NCBI GenBank assembly: GCA_949358305.1
Contig: OX442314.1
Location: 18,414,001 to 18,478,000, forward strand
Length of the DNA: 64,000 nt
Origin: Strigamia acuminata
Taxonomy: Eukaryota
Direction of reading: 5' to 3'
Shown here: positions 41,292 to 55,500 of the stretch, in pieces
How positions within the stretch are numbered: position 1 is the stretch's first letter
How the letters are laid out: every line of letters begins with the position of its first letter
The notes under the pieces: model-generated
What the model was told of the DNA's origin: nothing
The model's database searches: none
The model's input: only the letters and a program-made list of their open reading frames with translations
Program-made: the position numbers and the translations under genes

Positions 41292-43596
41292 TAGTTCATA
41301 ACAGCTTTCTTCAACCGTACATGGAGAACATAAAAGTTTTTGCATTTGTACCAATTTCTTTCGTTATTTTCTTTTTCCTTCCTTTTATTACGTTTGACTG
41401 TCTCAAAAGTTATATTAAATAAACTGGAAAATGAGTTATAACTCGCTGTGTGCATGTTTCTCAGTTTGGAATCCAAACAAACCCAAGAATCATTTAAAAA
41501 ATGAACTTGCATTTTACATGTAATTTTTTTTTTTTAATATTTGCATTTAACATATTCTACCTATTCCATTTCCTCGTGATTGGCACGCGAAAATGGTTTT
41601 CAATTTCCTATTAATGTTCGTTGGAAAAAATGTTTTCACTTCCGAGGTGATTCCTTCGAGTTTATTTTTTGGGCGCCATTTTGTTTCTTTAAATGGCGTG
41701 GGTCGATAGACATTTTTTTTCCGACCCATTTTTGCACAATACACAACAACAATGCTTTAATGCTTTAATGCTTTAATGTGGATAGGGAGAGAGTTCACAC
41801 GGGGACAGGAAGAAATACTACGACTTGTTTTCATAATTATTTTTAAGCCGAAATGTTGAATAAAGCACTAGAAGATTGCTTCATTAGGATTAATTCTAAT
41901 GGCTGCTTTTGAATGAAATCTTTGTAGCCCTTAGTTGCAATCAATTTCCGTGGGTCTGGTTGGAGTTTTACTTGGACAGACTATTAGCTGCTGTGCGTGA
42001 CATGAGCACCGGTCAAAATGAATCTAATACTTCTTTGGGTAAAATGAGCAGAGCGTGACACAACTGTGAACGCGGATTTTCGCTTAGTTCACACTATGGA
42101 CGAAGACTAAAAAGTGAACATTTTGCACAGCAGAAAACAAGCGAAAAGAAATGTCTAGTGGTTGCAATTTTTTAAATACTCGTATAGATAAAACGCGTTT
42201 TGTGCGTCTAAATCCGATAAACTACGAATTTCCAATCAAATTTCTTTTGGTAATGTTTATGGACTTCCTTAGAATGGTACATTGTTCAAACTGTTGAAAA
42301 CATTAAAAGTTGAACTAAAAATACCATGAGATTTCTAAGAAATGATTATTTAGGTTTAATGCCGAGACGACGAAGGCCGATATCTCCATTCTAATATTTT
42401 TCTGGGTCGACCCATTGTTTCAGCGAACAAAACAAGCCGAAACTGCTTTGTACCTTTTGTGCAATTCAGATTGGAGGAAATGATGTCAAAATGGTGGGGG
42501 GAAAATTTCGATTTGCATTGGATTTTACGCACTTTAAGCTATTGTTTGCAATTAGTGCCTAAAACATGCCTTGAAGCTACACTTGTGCGTGACAGAGATT
42601 GATGAAAATCGGCTGAGTTTAAGTCCTTGAAGCACAGAGTAAATAGAGGCCAAAGAGTGGGAGCCATTCGGTTATCTGTTAGTGGAATCTTAGAAAGTGG
42701 ATCCTTAGCCTTGTGTAGAGCAGGGAAGTGAGACGGCAGGCGGCGCTTTTGGAGTATGGAAAGGAAGAATAGGAATGTCTTTTTGTGAGAATTTATTTCG
42801 AAAATGGGAGAAAATTGTAATATTTATGAGTTGAATGTAAAAATGAGGTTCTGCATTTTTTTTTTTTTTTTATAATATTTTTTTTTTCTTTCGCTCGTTT
42901 TAAATTAATTAGTGCAAAGCGAAAAGAGAAAAAAGAAATTAACGGTGTCGATAACGAAGGGAATGAGTTGGAACGTGGCCCATCTCCACATTTCTTTTTC
43001 TCTTTTGCTTGGAAATGAAATGTCAGTTTATTGCGTATTTTCTTAAGGGCCTTTTTTCTCTTTTTCTTCTTCTTTTTTTTGTTTACGATAATAAAAAGCG
43101 TTTTTGGCACGTGTAAATTTTTTTTTTCTTTTACTTTTTCTTACTTTTCCAATTTTTTCTTTCTTTCTGAATTGATTAGCATGAGTAAATTTTGTTTATT
43201 TTTAAATTTTAAATGTGGTGGATTTAATTTGAAGTTTTTATTAAAAGATAAAAAAAAAATGTGCTGGGGAAATTTTAGATCAGTAAAAGCCACTTATAAT
43301 ACACTTCAACGCATAAATTATTAAAAACAATTTATTTTTTGATGAAATTTGATACCATCAGCAGAGAAATTATGTTTTTCAGCCAATTTTATTTTATATT
43401 CATGAAAGACTCCATTGAGTAAAACGTAATGGATTACTCTGATAAGATAAAAAGGAAAAAAGATAGAAGATAGATTTGAAAAATGTTATAATAAAAAAAA
43501 AAAAAACTTAAAATTTAACTTTCTTTTAATTTAGTCACGTCTACGGTTTTTTTTGTTACCTGATTTTGTGTGTTAATATTTTTTTTCTTGTTTCAG

Positions 43597-46500
43597 ACTG
43601 TGAGGATGTGAGTGGGAAGCTGATTAAACTCCCGGAGAACTTGGAGAGTGTTCCAAAGGCTGACCATTTTCCGACTCAGCGACATCGTTGGAATACAAAT
43701 GAGGTATCCATCTTGCACTGTCTCTCTATATATTATCAGGATTGTTAAGTTTTACGAGTTTACCTTTTCTCTCAACGTAAGATTTGATCAAATCCGAGCA
43801 AATAAATTGCCTTTTTCCTAATATTCCAGTTTCTATTCAATTTTTACTCTCCGGCGTCGATTTTTTTCGATTTTATATTTTGCTATTAAAATATTTTATT
43901 TCTTTAGGAAATTGCAGCCATTCTCATCTGCTTTGAAAAGCATGTGGACTGGCTGTCTAAGGAGGTGAAAATAAGGTAATTTACAGCTTTTGTATTTGTT
44001 GTTATAAATTATAGTAGTTGGGGTACGAGTGTAGCGTCTGTAGACATGACGTGAATCATAAGAAAAAAGAAGTGAATTAAAATGGGAGCAACGACTCGAT
44101 GATGGTGTGACAGCGTGGCATTAAAACGAGTTAAATTTATCACATGTTTAATTTATGACTCACGAAATATAAGTGACAACAGGAAAATATCACGAGAACA
44201 GAAAAAGCAGGTGATAAAAGGATTGTAATTCACTTGGGTGATTGATTTGGAAAGCAGGGATCACCAAGTAATTACATGTTATTTCGTGACAGTTGGCAAA
44301 CGAAAGAGAACTGGAAAGCTAGGTTTTGAATAAAAGACGGGAATTTAATTTGCGAATAAAAAAGATCATTAAGGATGTGCATTAGAGTTAAAACGGAAAT
44401 TAATTATTTTTTTGCTCATGATGGTGTCACTTTTTTTTACGTTCGAATAAATAAATAAATAAATAAAGCGGTTTAAAAAGTGTAGCGGAAAAGCTGTGTA
44501 CTGTTTATGTGCAGCTGCACCAGCACTTCTATTTACAAATTAGGCTTATTTCATTAGTCGCCTGATCAAATTTCATCCTATTAATCTTCATTTTTGGGAA
44601 AGCAGAGGTATAGTTTCTGGATTAGACTCTAGAGACAATTTGACCTCGCACGAGGCAACATTAAGGGGATAGGACACATGGAAATATGTTTGTTTATTAT
44701 ATGTTGAATCAGTTACAAGATGGCTACTCCCAGAAGAGAAGGGATTTTATGGGACAACAAAAAAATGTATCTCCTGTGGGGAGGATGGAATAATCAAGTT
44801 AAAAACAATTAATAGGTTCCTAAAAATATTTTTTTTGTGAAATAAAATAAAATAAAAGGTGGATAAATGACAAAACCTGAAAGATGGATTGAGATTGTCA
44901 GTTTTCGATTGGTCTGTCTAAGCACGTTCGTCATGTTGATGGTGATGCAAGATAAAATGACGGTTGGATGTGGTTGAGCCAAGCAAGACGCAGTGAGTGA
45001 GTGGTGATGTGAAAGGAACTTGTTCGGGTGGTCTTACAATTCGAATGGCAACGATTTTACATTATAATGACAAATTTGTATACTTGGTTTGAATCTAACG
45101 GAGTAAATTATGATTAAATGGCTGAATTTTGCCATTAAACTAGTAAACTTGCTAGAATTGTATAGCATCAACAATTAACTGATGTTATTTATGGCTTGTC
45201 CAAGATAATTCAGTACTTTTAAAGAAAGTTCCATCAGGCATCCGGTGTCTGGCTAATCAGTCCAATTTTTACTGACCACAGGTCAGCACGTAAATTTTAG
45301 CGATCTAAAATCTCAACGTATTTTTCTTAAATTTCTTTGGAAATTTGATCGCTTTCTTGTTGTTTTTTTGTTGTTTGGTATTTTAAGATCATGGCTCAAG
45401 CTTCTATAACCAAAAAGAGTTGCAAGAAGCAACTTTCCAGTAAAATGTCAAAATCGGCGCCCCGTGGTAACGCCATCATGACACTTCCAGAGCACATTCC
45501 CTTTTGTCCAGTTTCAGCAGTGAAATTTTATTTAAAATCCACTTCTAATATTTGTGGAGAAAATAAACCTTTCTTTCTTGCCTTTTCTCAGCCTTTTGAT
45601 CTGGTAATGGCTAACACCATCTCTAGATGGATAAAAACGGTTCTTTCCAATTTCGGCATCAATACTTCTGTATTCAAGGCTCACTCCACTCGGGCCGCAT
45701 CTACTTCCTTTACCTTTTCGAGAGGAGTCGGCCTTTCCGATATCCTAAAATCAGCAGACTGGTCTTCTGCTCGAGTTTAATTTAATCATTACAATAAGCT
45801 CTTTGATTTACCTACTGTCGAATTTGCTATCACTGTTTTAAGTGGCTACGAAATGCCATAAATAACATCATTTATTTGTTGATGTTATACAAATGCAAAT
45901 TTTACGAAGATATGACGTAAAATATAAATTTTATGAATAACAAATAAATGATGTTACTCTCCCACCATTTTTTGGGACCCATCACCCTGTAACATTGATA
46001 TTTGTTATTGTGATTGTCTAAATAAATAATTTCGTATATTTAATCAAAAAATAATTTTATATTTCTCCAGCTTGTTGCGATCTCAAATGTTCACTTCATT
46101 TGTGGAGAGGTTTTTCTACCACGTTTTTAAGACATTATTTATATTTTAACCGTAATCATTAGAATTGTGTTTTTTGCCGTGCACCTGTTGCGCTTTTGGG
46201 CAATTGTCCCAGAAGCTGTAACGGCTGCCCTGGCATTTTGAGCCCTGGATTGGGGCGTTGCTAAGACAATCCCCAAATTTTGCACCGTTGCTAGGGCTGA
46301 AGCGTGCCTTGGCACACGCCACGCCTGCGCACTGGCCGTTTTCCGGCCATATTCCGGGTAATAATTCGAATTATTACTCACTCTTTGCATCACACTCATA
46401 CCGTTCACACCGACACAGCTTTGTTCACAACCAAAAACACTGTTTTGTCCGTGACTCGTGAGTTTTGCCAAGTTTCAACTCGATTTGTTTGAACCAACGT

Positions 46501-49500
46501 TCAAACGAATCACTTTCCGAGCCGCGAAGACGACGCACGACGGCCCAAACCACCGTCGTTCCCGCCGCCGCCCGAAGACCAACGCGCCCACGCCGTTGAA
46601 GATCGACGCCAGCCAGCCGCCGAGGATTGCAGAGCCATCGTCGCCGCTCCTCGACCTGTTGACGACGATTCCGATTCAGATTGCAGCGGATCTCCAGTCA
46701 GGTTTTAACGATCGGCGGTACCCGCCGCTTGACTACTTGTCTCCAACGGAAATCTCCCGTTGCAATCTAGGGTTTAACCCAAGATTTCCCGTCTTGTCAG
46801 GCTTAACAGCCGACACTCTTTGTGAAGTCTTTCGGCTTCACACTTCCTTTCTCACTTCGCAGAATTTGCGCGGCGACGGGTCGCCATTTCTGCACTGCTT
46901 TTTCCCGCCCGAAGGAGTCCCGCGCTGCTTCGAACACGTCGCCTTCTACGCCGACGATCTTATCCTCATAGAACCCATCTTATTAACATTCTCTTCAATA
47001 GAACCTGTACTTAACGCTCAATAAATTGATTAACTGTTTGATTTAAAATAACTAAATTAGCCCTTATTCGAGATCAAATCCCTAGACACCGACTTAACGG
47101 CTAACCCACCCGATAGAAGACCTATAAACGGCATTCAACTGCTTCCACAGGTGAACGCCGGGATCTCTTGCAATTGGAAAAATCCCATAGTGACTAAATA
47201 TAAATTTAGTGTTGTTGAGAAAAGTCAATTGGAACCATCAGGAACGCAACACTTGGGGGCCCGTCCGGGATAACCAATTGTTTAAAATTAGAATTTATTC
47301 CTACTTTCCTATCATCTTTCTCTCTTATCTGTCTAACTCAGTATGTCAAACTCAGAAGGAGAAATTCCTATTGATGATGAAGGAGTACAGACTCGTACAA
47401 AAACGGGCGCTAAGCGCCGTAGATCGGGTCGTCCTCGAACGGCGCGTAATAGTCTAACGGCTCAACATGTAGCCGAAACTATTGACGCTGTTGCCGCCGA
47501 GAGTGCCACGACTAAGGAAGTTGGAACAGGCGGTGAAGAACGCGAAGAAGCGATTTCCGCTGGACCAACGAACTGGGGTGATTCTTCCATGGATTTGGAC
47601 AACATCGAGATTCCTGATACGCAACCGGTGGGTTACAAGGAACTTCTGGATCGAGCAATTCTCCAGGGGGTACAAGTGACTGATCAGATGACGATTATGG
47701 AAATTTACGAAGCCATGTCCGCTCATGAAAGAAAACGCCTGGTCGATCATATGAACGAGCAGATGGCTGCTGTTACTCGAAAAATGAACTCAGCGTCTCA
47801 AGCCAAGGAAGCTGCTGAAAAATCGAATCAAGCTTTGCGAGAGATAAACGCTCAGTACCGTCACAGTGAAGAAAAACTGAAAAAACAATCGGACGAACTG
47901 GAGCGCCAACGCATGGAATTCGATGCTCGAAAGAAACATTTGTCTAAAAAAGAGACTGAAGTTTTCAAAAGGGAACAGGAGATTGCTTGGGATTCCATAA
48001 AACAACAGGAATCATCTAATGAAGAACTCCGTAGACAAATGGCAGCCGCCGACAAAAAAGCTCAAGAAACTGAAGATGAGCTACGGCGAGCCAAATTGCT
48101 GAAAGAACAAGAGGAATTTGAGGAGGAACAAGAACGAATACGTGTTGCTGAATTCGCCTCACAACAGAAAGGTCCAGCCGCCAAAGTGAAAAAGAAAGTC
48201 GTGCGGCTAGAAGATTCTGCAACCGACGATTCGTCTCAAACATCAAGTGAAGATGAGCGACAGTCGCGCAAAAGAAGATGTTCCGATGCTGAGGGGCCTA
48301 CATCAAAAAAGAACGGCGCTTCAGATGCCGAAATTTTCACTAATAGCGACAAACTCATGACCATGATGGATGAAAGAAATCGTATGAAGATACAAAACGA
48401 TTCGCATCGGCCCAACGATAATTATGACCAGTCTGGAAGTCGGAGTGCGTCTCCAGACCCCGAAGATCGCGATAAGGGGGATGAGCGTCAGAAATACGAC
48501 AATGTACCTCCGCCACGAGGGTCGAAGGACGAATCCCTTTCGGAGGGCGAAAAATCTACTCGATCTGAAACGCGGAAAGAACGAAAGAGTCGTTCAAGGA
48601 CGAAATCCAGAAGATCTCGGTCCAGCGATGAACGTTATTACACCGCTGAACAGATCGACGCGATGTTTCAAAAACAAGCGCAGTCAGCAAGTCGAACCAC
48701 ACGGCTAGCAGAGTTACGCAAATTCGACTTGAAGCGCAAAATTGCGAAATACACCACTGATAAGTGGCGGCATAAAATTGCCGATGTGAAAACAATTCGA
48801 TGGGATCGATTAGTCCCTGATCGTTTTAATGGAGAATTCCAAATGGGATCAACCTTTTTGGAAGAAATTACCAGAATGGCTCGACTAAATGGTATAACAC
48901 CTCAAGATACTTTGGAGAAGTTAGTCCCAAAATCATTGGTGGCACGCGCCGAAAATTGGTTCGTCGAACGAGAATTCGTGCACTGGAATCAATTTGTAGA
49001 AGCGTTCATGCGAGAATACGCTGAACCCACTGAAGACATTTATCAATTATGGGACAATTTAGCTCAATCAGCGGGAGAAGACATTCGTTCCTATCTCCGC
49101 CGAACCGAAGATTTGTTGTCATCATTACCAACGCCATCTACTGACCATGATGTGGACAGAAAATTTCGAAAGGCGATGACACCATATTCCCGAAGTATTC
49201 TGCAAAATGTTGATGCACCGCCAGTCGGATCATTCAAAGAACTCTCCCAATTTTTAAGGGATAATGACCTGAGAATCGAAGAAAAGTATAATGAATATTT
49301 GACTCCGGAGGAGACTGCAGCTATTAAGAAACGGCAGTTACGCATTAAAGAATATGTGAAAGAAGCTAGACTTGGACAAACTCCTTTAATGCAACCCCGA
49401 GATCGAGGGGATTACTTTGCGGAGAAGACGGATAAAACTACAAGTGCCGGACCTCCGAACCCTCACAAACTACCCAAAAATTCTCGAGCTTACGCGAATC

Positions 49501-52500
49501 TTGCCTTGTCGGAAGACAGCACTGATGTAGTCGAAGATGACGACCCAGGGCTAGACCCTTTAGTTGAGAATGCTATTGTATTACTCGCGAAGCATGTCAC
49601 TGAGAATAAATTCAGACCAAAAATGGTTGGTAAAAACGTTACTTTTAATACAGCAAACCTTAATACAGATGCTCGATCAAAATCACCTTTGCCGCTACCC
49701 ATCAAGCCCGAAGTGATTCCGGATACTGAAAAGGAATCGGCTACAGACAAAAAAGCCGTAGAACCTCGTTCAAAGTCGCCCACTTCAGGAAACGGCCCTA
49801 GGCGCAAATCGCCAGAAACCGATCCGTGCCATAGATGTGGAAAGTTGGGGCATTGGTCGAATCAGTGTCCTGATAGAAGTCCAGTAGCTGCCGAGATAGA
49901 AGGTCTTGTCAGCAAGTTGGGGGAACTGCTCCGAAAAAACTTGTGAGCGCGGGTTTGGCAGCGAATACGCTGAAACTCGCGCCCGTTGCCTCGGAAACAA
50001 TTAAGGAGATAGACGCCGACGTTTGTCCCAAGATTGAAGTAACCCATGATTACCGTGAACCATTGGATAAAAACTATTTAGACTACTGGGATTCAGTAGA
50101 TAAAAAACATTTGATGGTAGCTCAGTTTAAACCATGTGACCTGAAATTTCCTAAAGTTGACCTTACTAAACTTAACGAAGTATTGGCCGAAAAAACGGCC
50201 GACAAACGATACTTTCAATATCACGTTAGGAAAGCGTTACAGTGCTACCCCAAACCAAGTAAAAACTGGATGGATAAACTTTGGGAAAAATTCCGTCCCA
50301 AGTCGAGAGAAGTCGATGAAATTGAAGAAATGACTAGAGCTATGGAAAAAGTCGTTCTGTCATATAACGATGAAATGGACGAACTTCCTATTGATTATCC
50401 TGCCTTAGAACATCGGATACGTAGAGTCACCTGCAATTTGAACATGGAAGATTTTACGGGAATTCCGAAAATACAACTACAGACCATGAAAGGACCAATT
50501 ACTGGATTATTAGATTCTGGAGCCAATAGAAGCTTTATGGCGGCTTCAGTAATGGAAAATCTGAAATTAGAAAAAGAATTACAGTACATCTCGCCAAGTC
50601 TCTGTATTGGAACGGCTGGCAAAGATATTCAACCAGTCGGAACCCTGTTGCTGTCATTTCGATGGACACATGGAGTCCTTGTGCATCCTTTCATAGTTAT
50701 TGAACACCGTTTCCCGATGATTTTACTGGGAAATGATTTCATGAAGCGGCTAAGCATACAGCCGAATCCGAAAACGTTGTCATGGAATTTTATTACTCCA
50801 TTGACCGAAACTCTACCATATATACCACAGTCAGTTTTGGACAGATATAAAACCAAAATTGAAGAATTACCGCCAGACAATGCTACGTTTGTATGTCATG
50901 AAGGAATTTTGGCTGGCGCAGCTACTCTGAAAATGGGAGATGATATCACCAAAATGGTGAATGATGCCAATCTGACATTGGAGCAAGGACTCTCATTGGC
51001 GGAAGTATTAAAGAGACGACAGAGAATTCTATCAAGAGTTCCTGGACGTACACACATAGTGCAGCACGATATCAAGCTGACAACTGATAAACCGATAAGG
51101 GTACCATTTAAAAGTTATAACCCTCAGAAAAGGGAAATAATTCGGCAAATCTGTCAGGATATGGTAGACAAGGGAATTGCTGTGCCTGCCACTGGAGATT
51201 ATGCCATGCGAATTGTTTTAGTGGTCAAACCGGGGGCCGAACCACGCCTCTGTGTAGATTATCGGCCATTAAACGAACATACAGAATATGATCCTCCTCA
51301 GATGCCGACGATCGAGGAAATTTTGAGAGAAATCGGTTCATTTGAGTGGGTTACCACGATCGACTTGACAAAAGGCTATTGGCAGATAGGTTTGACCCCG
51401 TCTGCACAGCCGAAAACGGCTTTTTGGAGCCCTATAGGCCGATTGATGTTTTTAGTTATGGCATTTGGACTGAAAAATGCGCCGACTAGTTTCCAACGTT
51501 TAATTGAGAAAGTCCTCGATGAGATGTATAGGCGACAAGCTTGGGCGTACCTGGACGATATCATAACTGTTTCAAAGACATATGAAGAGCATTTAATCAA
51601 TGTCGACAAAATTTTAGGAAAATTAGAACAAGCTAATTTGTGTGTCAACCCGGATAAGTCGAAATTCTGTAGAAAAGAATTGATTTTTCTTGGGTACAAA
51701 TTAGGAACCGGCGGACTCGCCGTTGACCCCAAGAAGTTGGATGCAATTACGAAATTTCCAACCCCAACCAATTTAAAAGAACTTCAGCGTTTTTTGGGGA
51801 TGGTTAACTTTTTCCATCGACTTCTAAAAAATTTGTCGGTCATGGCAGAGCCGTTAAGGCCCTTATTGAAAAAGGATATGGATTTCAATTGGCATCCCAG
51901 TCATCAAGAGGCTTTTGAAAAAATTAAAAAAGCCCTCACTGATTCAGGAACAATGGCCATGCCAGATCTGTATCGACCTTTCGTAATTCATACGGACGCC
52001 AGTCGTCAAGGATTGGGCGCCGCATTGATGCAAATCCAACCTGAAAGGGGTGGACAAGAAGAACTACCGTGCGTTTATTCAAGCCGTAGCTTGCAGCCGG
52101 CTGAAGTAAATTACACGGCTACTGAATTAGAGTGTTTGGCCGTTGTTTGGGCGCTGAGAAAATATCGCCCTTACATCGAATTTACTAAATTCACCGTTCA
52201 AACGGATCATCAGGCCTTGAAATGGCTAATGTCTCTGGAAGAACCGGCAGGACGTCTGGCGCGATGGCAACTCGAATTAATGGCGTATACATTTGAAATC
52301 CAGTATATTAAAGGGCCGTTAAACGTATTGGCCGATGCTTTGTCTCGAGCTCCTGTCTGCACGCCCGAAGAAGATAACGTAGACGGTGAAGATGACGATT
52401 TATTGGCGTATTGTCCATCGCCATATCGACACTGGAAGCTGGGGGGACCAAATCAGCTTCCCACATCGGAAGTTGTTGAAGACGAGAGAATAATCAATTT

Positions 52501-55500
52501 TTGGTCACATGCTTACGATCCTCCTGATATTGAATCCGATGAAAAAATTCATCTCATGATGACTCAAGAGTTTGAATTCCCGTCGTCAAATGTCCTCGTC
52601 CACGCTTTTGCAGCCAACGTTGTGAAGAAATTAGAATGTGAGCCACCTACAAGAGAAGAAATTATTGTTGGGCAAAAACAAGATAAGGAATGCCAAAAAA
52701 TTCGAAATTTCCTGCTCAATGGCTGTTACCCTCCTGAACTTAAGCACGCGATGAGCAAGAGACGTTTTAAACGAAAAGCGTCCGCTTATCTAATTGAAGA
52801 AGATTTACTTCTAAAATTCCATCCGACTCTAACCGATGAGTTAGGAGAAAACGGAAGAGCGTTGAAAGTCGTGGTACCAGAGAACCTCGTTTACAGAGTC
52901 ATCTGGACAGCTCACGGACACCCGTTGTCTGGACACAGTGGTATTACTCGAACGATGTATCGAGCTAGAAGAATCTACGCATGGCCGACGATGAAACGAG
53001 ATATTACTCGCTTTATCAAGCACTGTCAACGCTGCCAGGCTTGCAAGCCAAGGCAAAAATTAGAAATTGAAGCAGCTCAAATGGGTCCGTATGCTCCCTT
53101 TGATTGCTTGAGTGCTGATCTCATGGGGCCTAAACCAAAAACTCCACGAGGTAACACTCACATACTCGTTATAATCGATGTCGCTACAAAATGGCCAGAG
53201 ATGCGGCCAATGTCAAAACCAACTTCGGCTAAAATAGCTGATTGTATTTATAATTTATCACTACAATTTGGCTTTCCACGCAAAATACTGTCTGATAATG
53301 GCTCGCAATTTAGATCGCAAGTATACCAGAAGTTTTGCGAGAAATTCAAAATGTTACCGGCTTATACTTCGCCGTACCATCCTCAGGCGAATCCTGTTGA
53401 AAGAACCAACAGAGATATTAAATATTTGATTGCTTTATACACTGATGTTCACACCCGTTGGGATGAATATTTACGAGAATTCGCCTTTAGTCTGCGAACT
53501 ACGGTCGCAGCCGGGAGAGAATTCTCACCGGCTTATTTAAATTTCGGCAGAGAATTGAGAGTGCCGTGGGATCCGCGCTTGCCAGACGAAGTTCTTGTCG
53601 TAGACCCGAAAAATCCTCATGTTTACATTCATCAACTGGAGAAAGTGCTCGCAAGCACCTATCAACACATGATGTCCCATGTATTTGATCTACAAAAAAG
53701 AGTGCAAGATCACCAATCAGAAAAGAAGTTCGATAATTTCAAAGTGAACGACTTAGTCTGGAAAAATTCTCACGTGTTATCCAGCGCTGTTAAAGGAATT
53801 TCGGCAGGAATCGCTGATCGCCGAACTGGACCTTTTGCAATTATTCGTGCGCATCAAGGCAATGCCTTTGAGTTAAAACGTTTGGAAGATAATGTAAAAT
53901 TCCCGTCTATCCACGCATCCGAACTTACACCATATTTCCCTCAATTTACTCAGGAAATTTGGCGGAGGGGAGAGGTGGTGGGACAACCCACTGAAAATAA
54001 AATTAATACATTATTTGAAGACGAAGTAAAAACTTTACCGTCACTGCCAAATTCCGATGACGAAGTTGAACACGTGGCGATTAGTTTTGAAAACATTCAA
54101 ATAGCCCAGGATGATCTACAAACCACGTTGGAACCGGCCACAAAGCCGAAAAAGGCAAAGCGAAGATCCATGCTACACCCAGTAGTACCAAAAAATTCAG
54201 ATGGTGACAAAAATACTGAAAAAACGGCTAAAAAATATAACATGAGAAGCCGGAAATCACCAAAACAGAGAGTAACTAGTCGATTCTGCGCAGAACGCGG
54301 ACGACAAGACAGTACTCTAGTGAGTGATGGAGACATAATGATGTCACATCATTCTAAAAATAGTAATTAAAATGACGTAGTTCATACGGCGACCAATCAG
54401 CATCAAGTTGGGGGACTTTGCAAAAATTTGTTACTTTCCAAAGTGAAACCACTCCGACCACACACTGATTGGGACGATCCGCCGATTAACGAAGGAAAAG
54501 AATAGATTCAACTTCGTAAGTGAAACAGTTAGTTTGAAATGATTAGATTTGTCATGAAAAACAAACGGCCCATTCACAGAATCATGGCCGAAGGTGGTGA
54601 AGGACCGCCCAACATCGATTCGGACTCGGAGCCTGAAAGGAATCTCGTGATGAATCCGCCCGACGAAATGTTAAATGAAGATTTCGATCTGCAAAATCAG
54701 GTGAATATCGCCATTGAAAAAATTAAAAAAGCCGTTGAAATGCTGAAATCGGCTGACAAACGAATTTACAACCAAGCCCGACGGACGCTCGAAAAATACC
54801 GAAAGTTCGTAAAAACTGAGTCAGATCGTGTTGAAAGTATTTTAAACGAATAGCTCGTTGAATTTCACGTAGTTACGTTCCACTTTTCTATCACGAAAAT
54901 TGGCTAAAAAGGCCGAAAAAATTCAAGAAAAACTTTGTCAGTTTGAAAAATCACTTAACAAATTTTAAATGGCGCCATTTTTATGATCATGTGACTTCGC
55001 CCGACGGCTAGTAAGCGTTGTGAGGGAGTTGCCATGACGACCGCGCTCAAATTTCCTTTTGCTAAAAAATATTTAAACAAAATATTATTCACCAGTTAAT
55101 AATTAAAACTTTCAAACGTTTCTGTAGATATTAATGGCAATCAATCAGCCGTATGCGTTACCAGATTACGTACCCATGGTAACAGGAATCTTTAGAGGCG
55201 AATTATCCGCCGAGGTCCGACGTTTACGACAACTTGGTCAGACGTGGGAAGACGTGAGACAAGAGTTCTCAAATGCCATCGCCGCACATTGGGGCTGTAG
55301 ATGCCGAATTTGTGGACGGCTAATGGTAGCCGACCCCGTTTCCTGGAACCTAAGGATCGATCCGCCATCACCGTTGAGATCCAGATTGCTTTTTGGCTGG
55401 CTCTTTCCCACGCCAGAGGAAGACACGGACTTCTACGGGTTTTTCCGAATTGCCCATGCCAAAAGGAACGATTATTTGGATGCCATCTGGGAGAAACTCC

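Noticed and set aside
41751..41778. (AATGCTTT)n repeat, and (AATA)n at ~44446
   Set aside because: Ordinary short tandem repeats.
18786..43324. Many 60-155 aa ORFs in the track
   Set aside because: Low-complexity F/K/I/L-rich frames from AT-rich intron DNA or MITEs, often with non-ATG starts and no recognisable motifs.
45391..45780. Functional tyrosine recombinase, phage integrase or Crypton
   Set aside because: N-terminal catalytic region is missing, a stop precedes the catalytic Tyr, and the ITR/ICR context indicates DIRS.
45461..47251. Treating the whole 1791-bp direct repeat as the LTR, i.e. an LTR that encodes a recombinase
   Set aside because: It lacks a TG start and a TSD at 45461. 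TGTTGCG...CGCAACA with AGCT defines a 1179-bp LTR, and the extra part is continuous with the surrounding DIRS.
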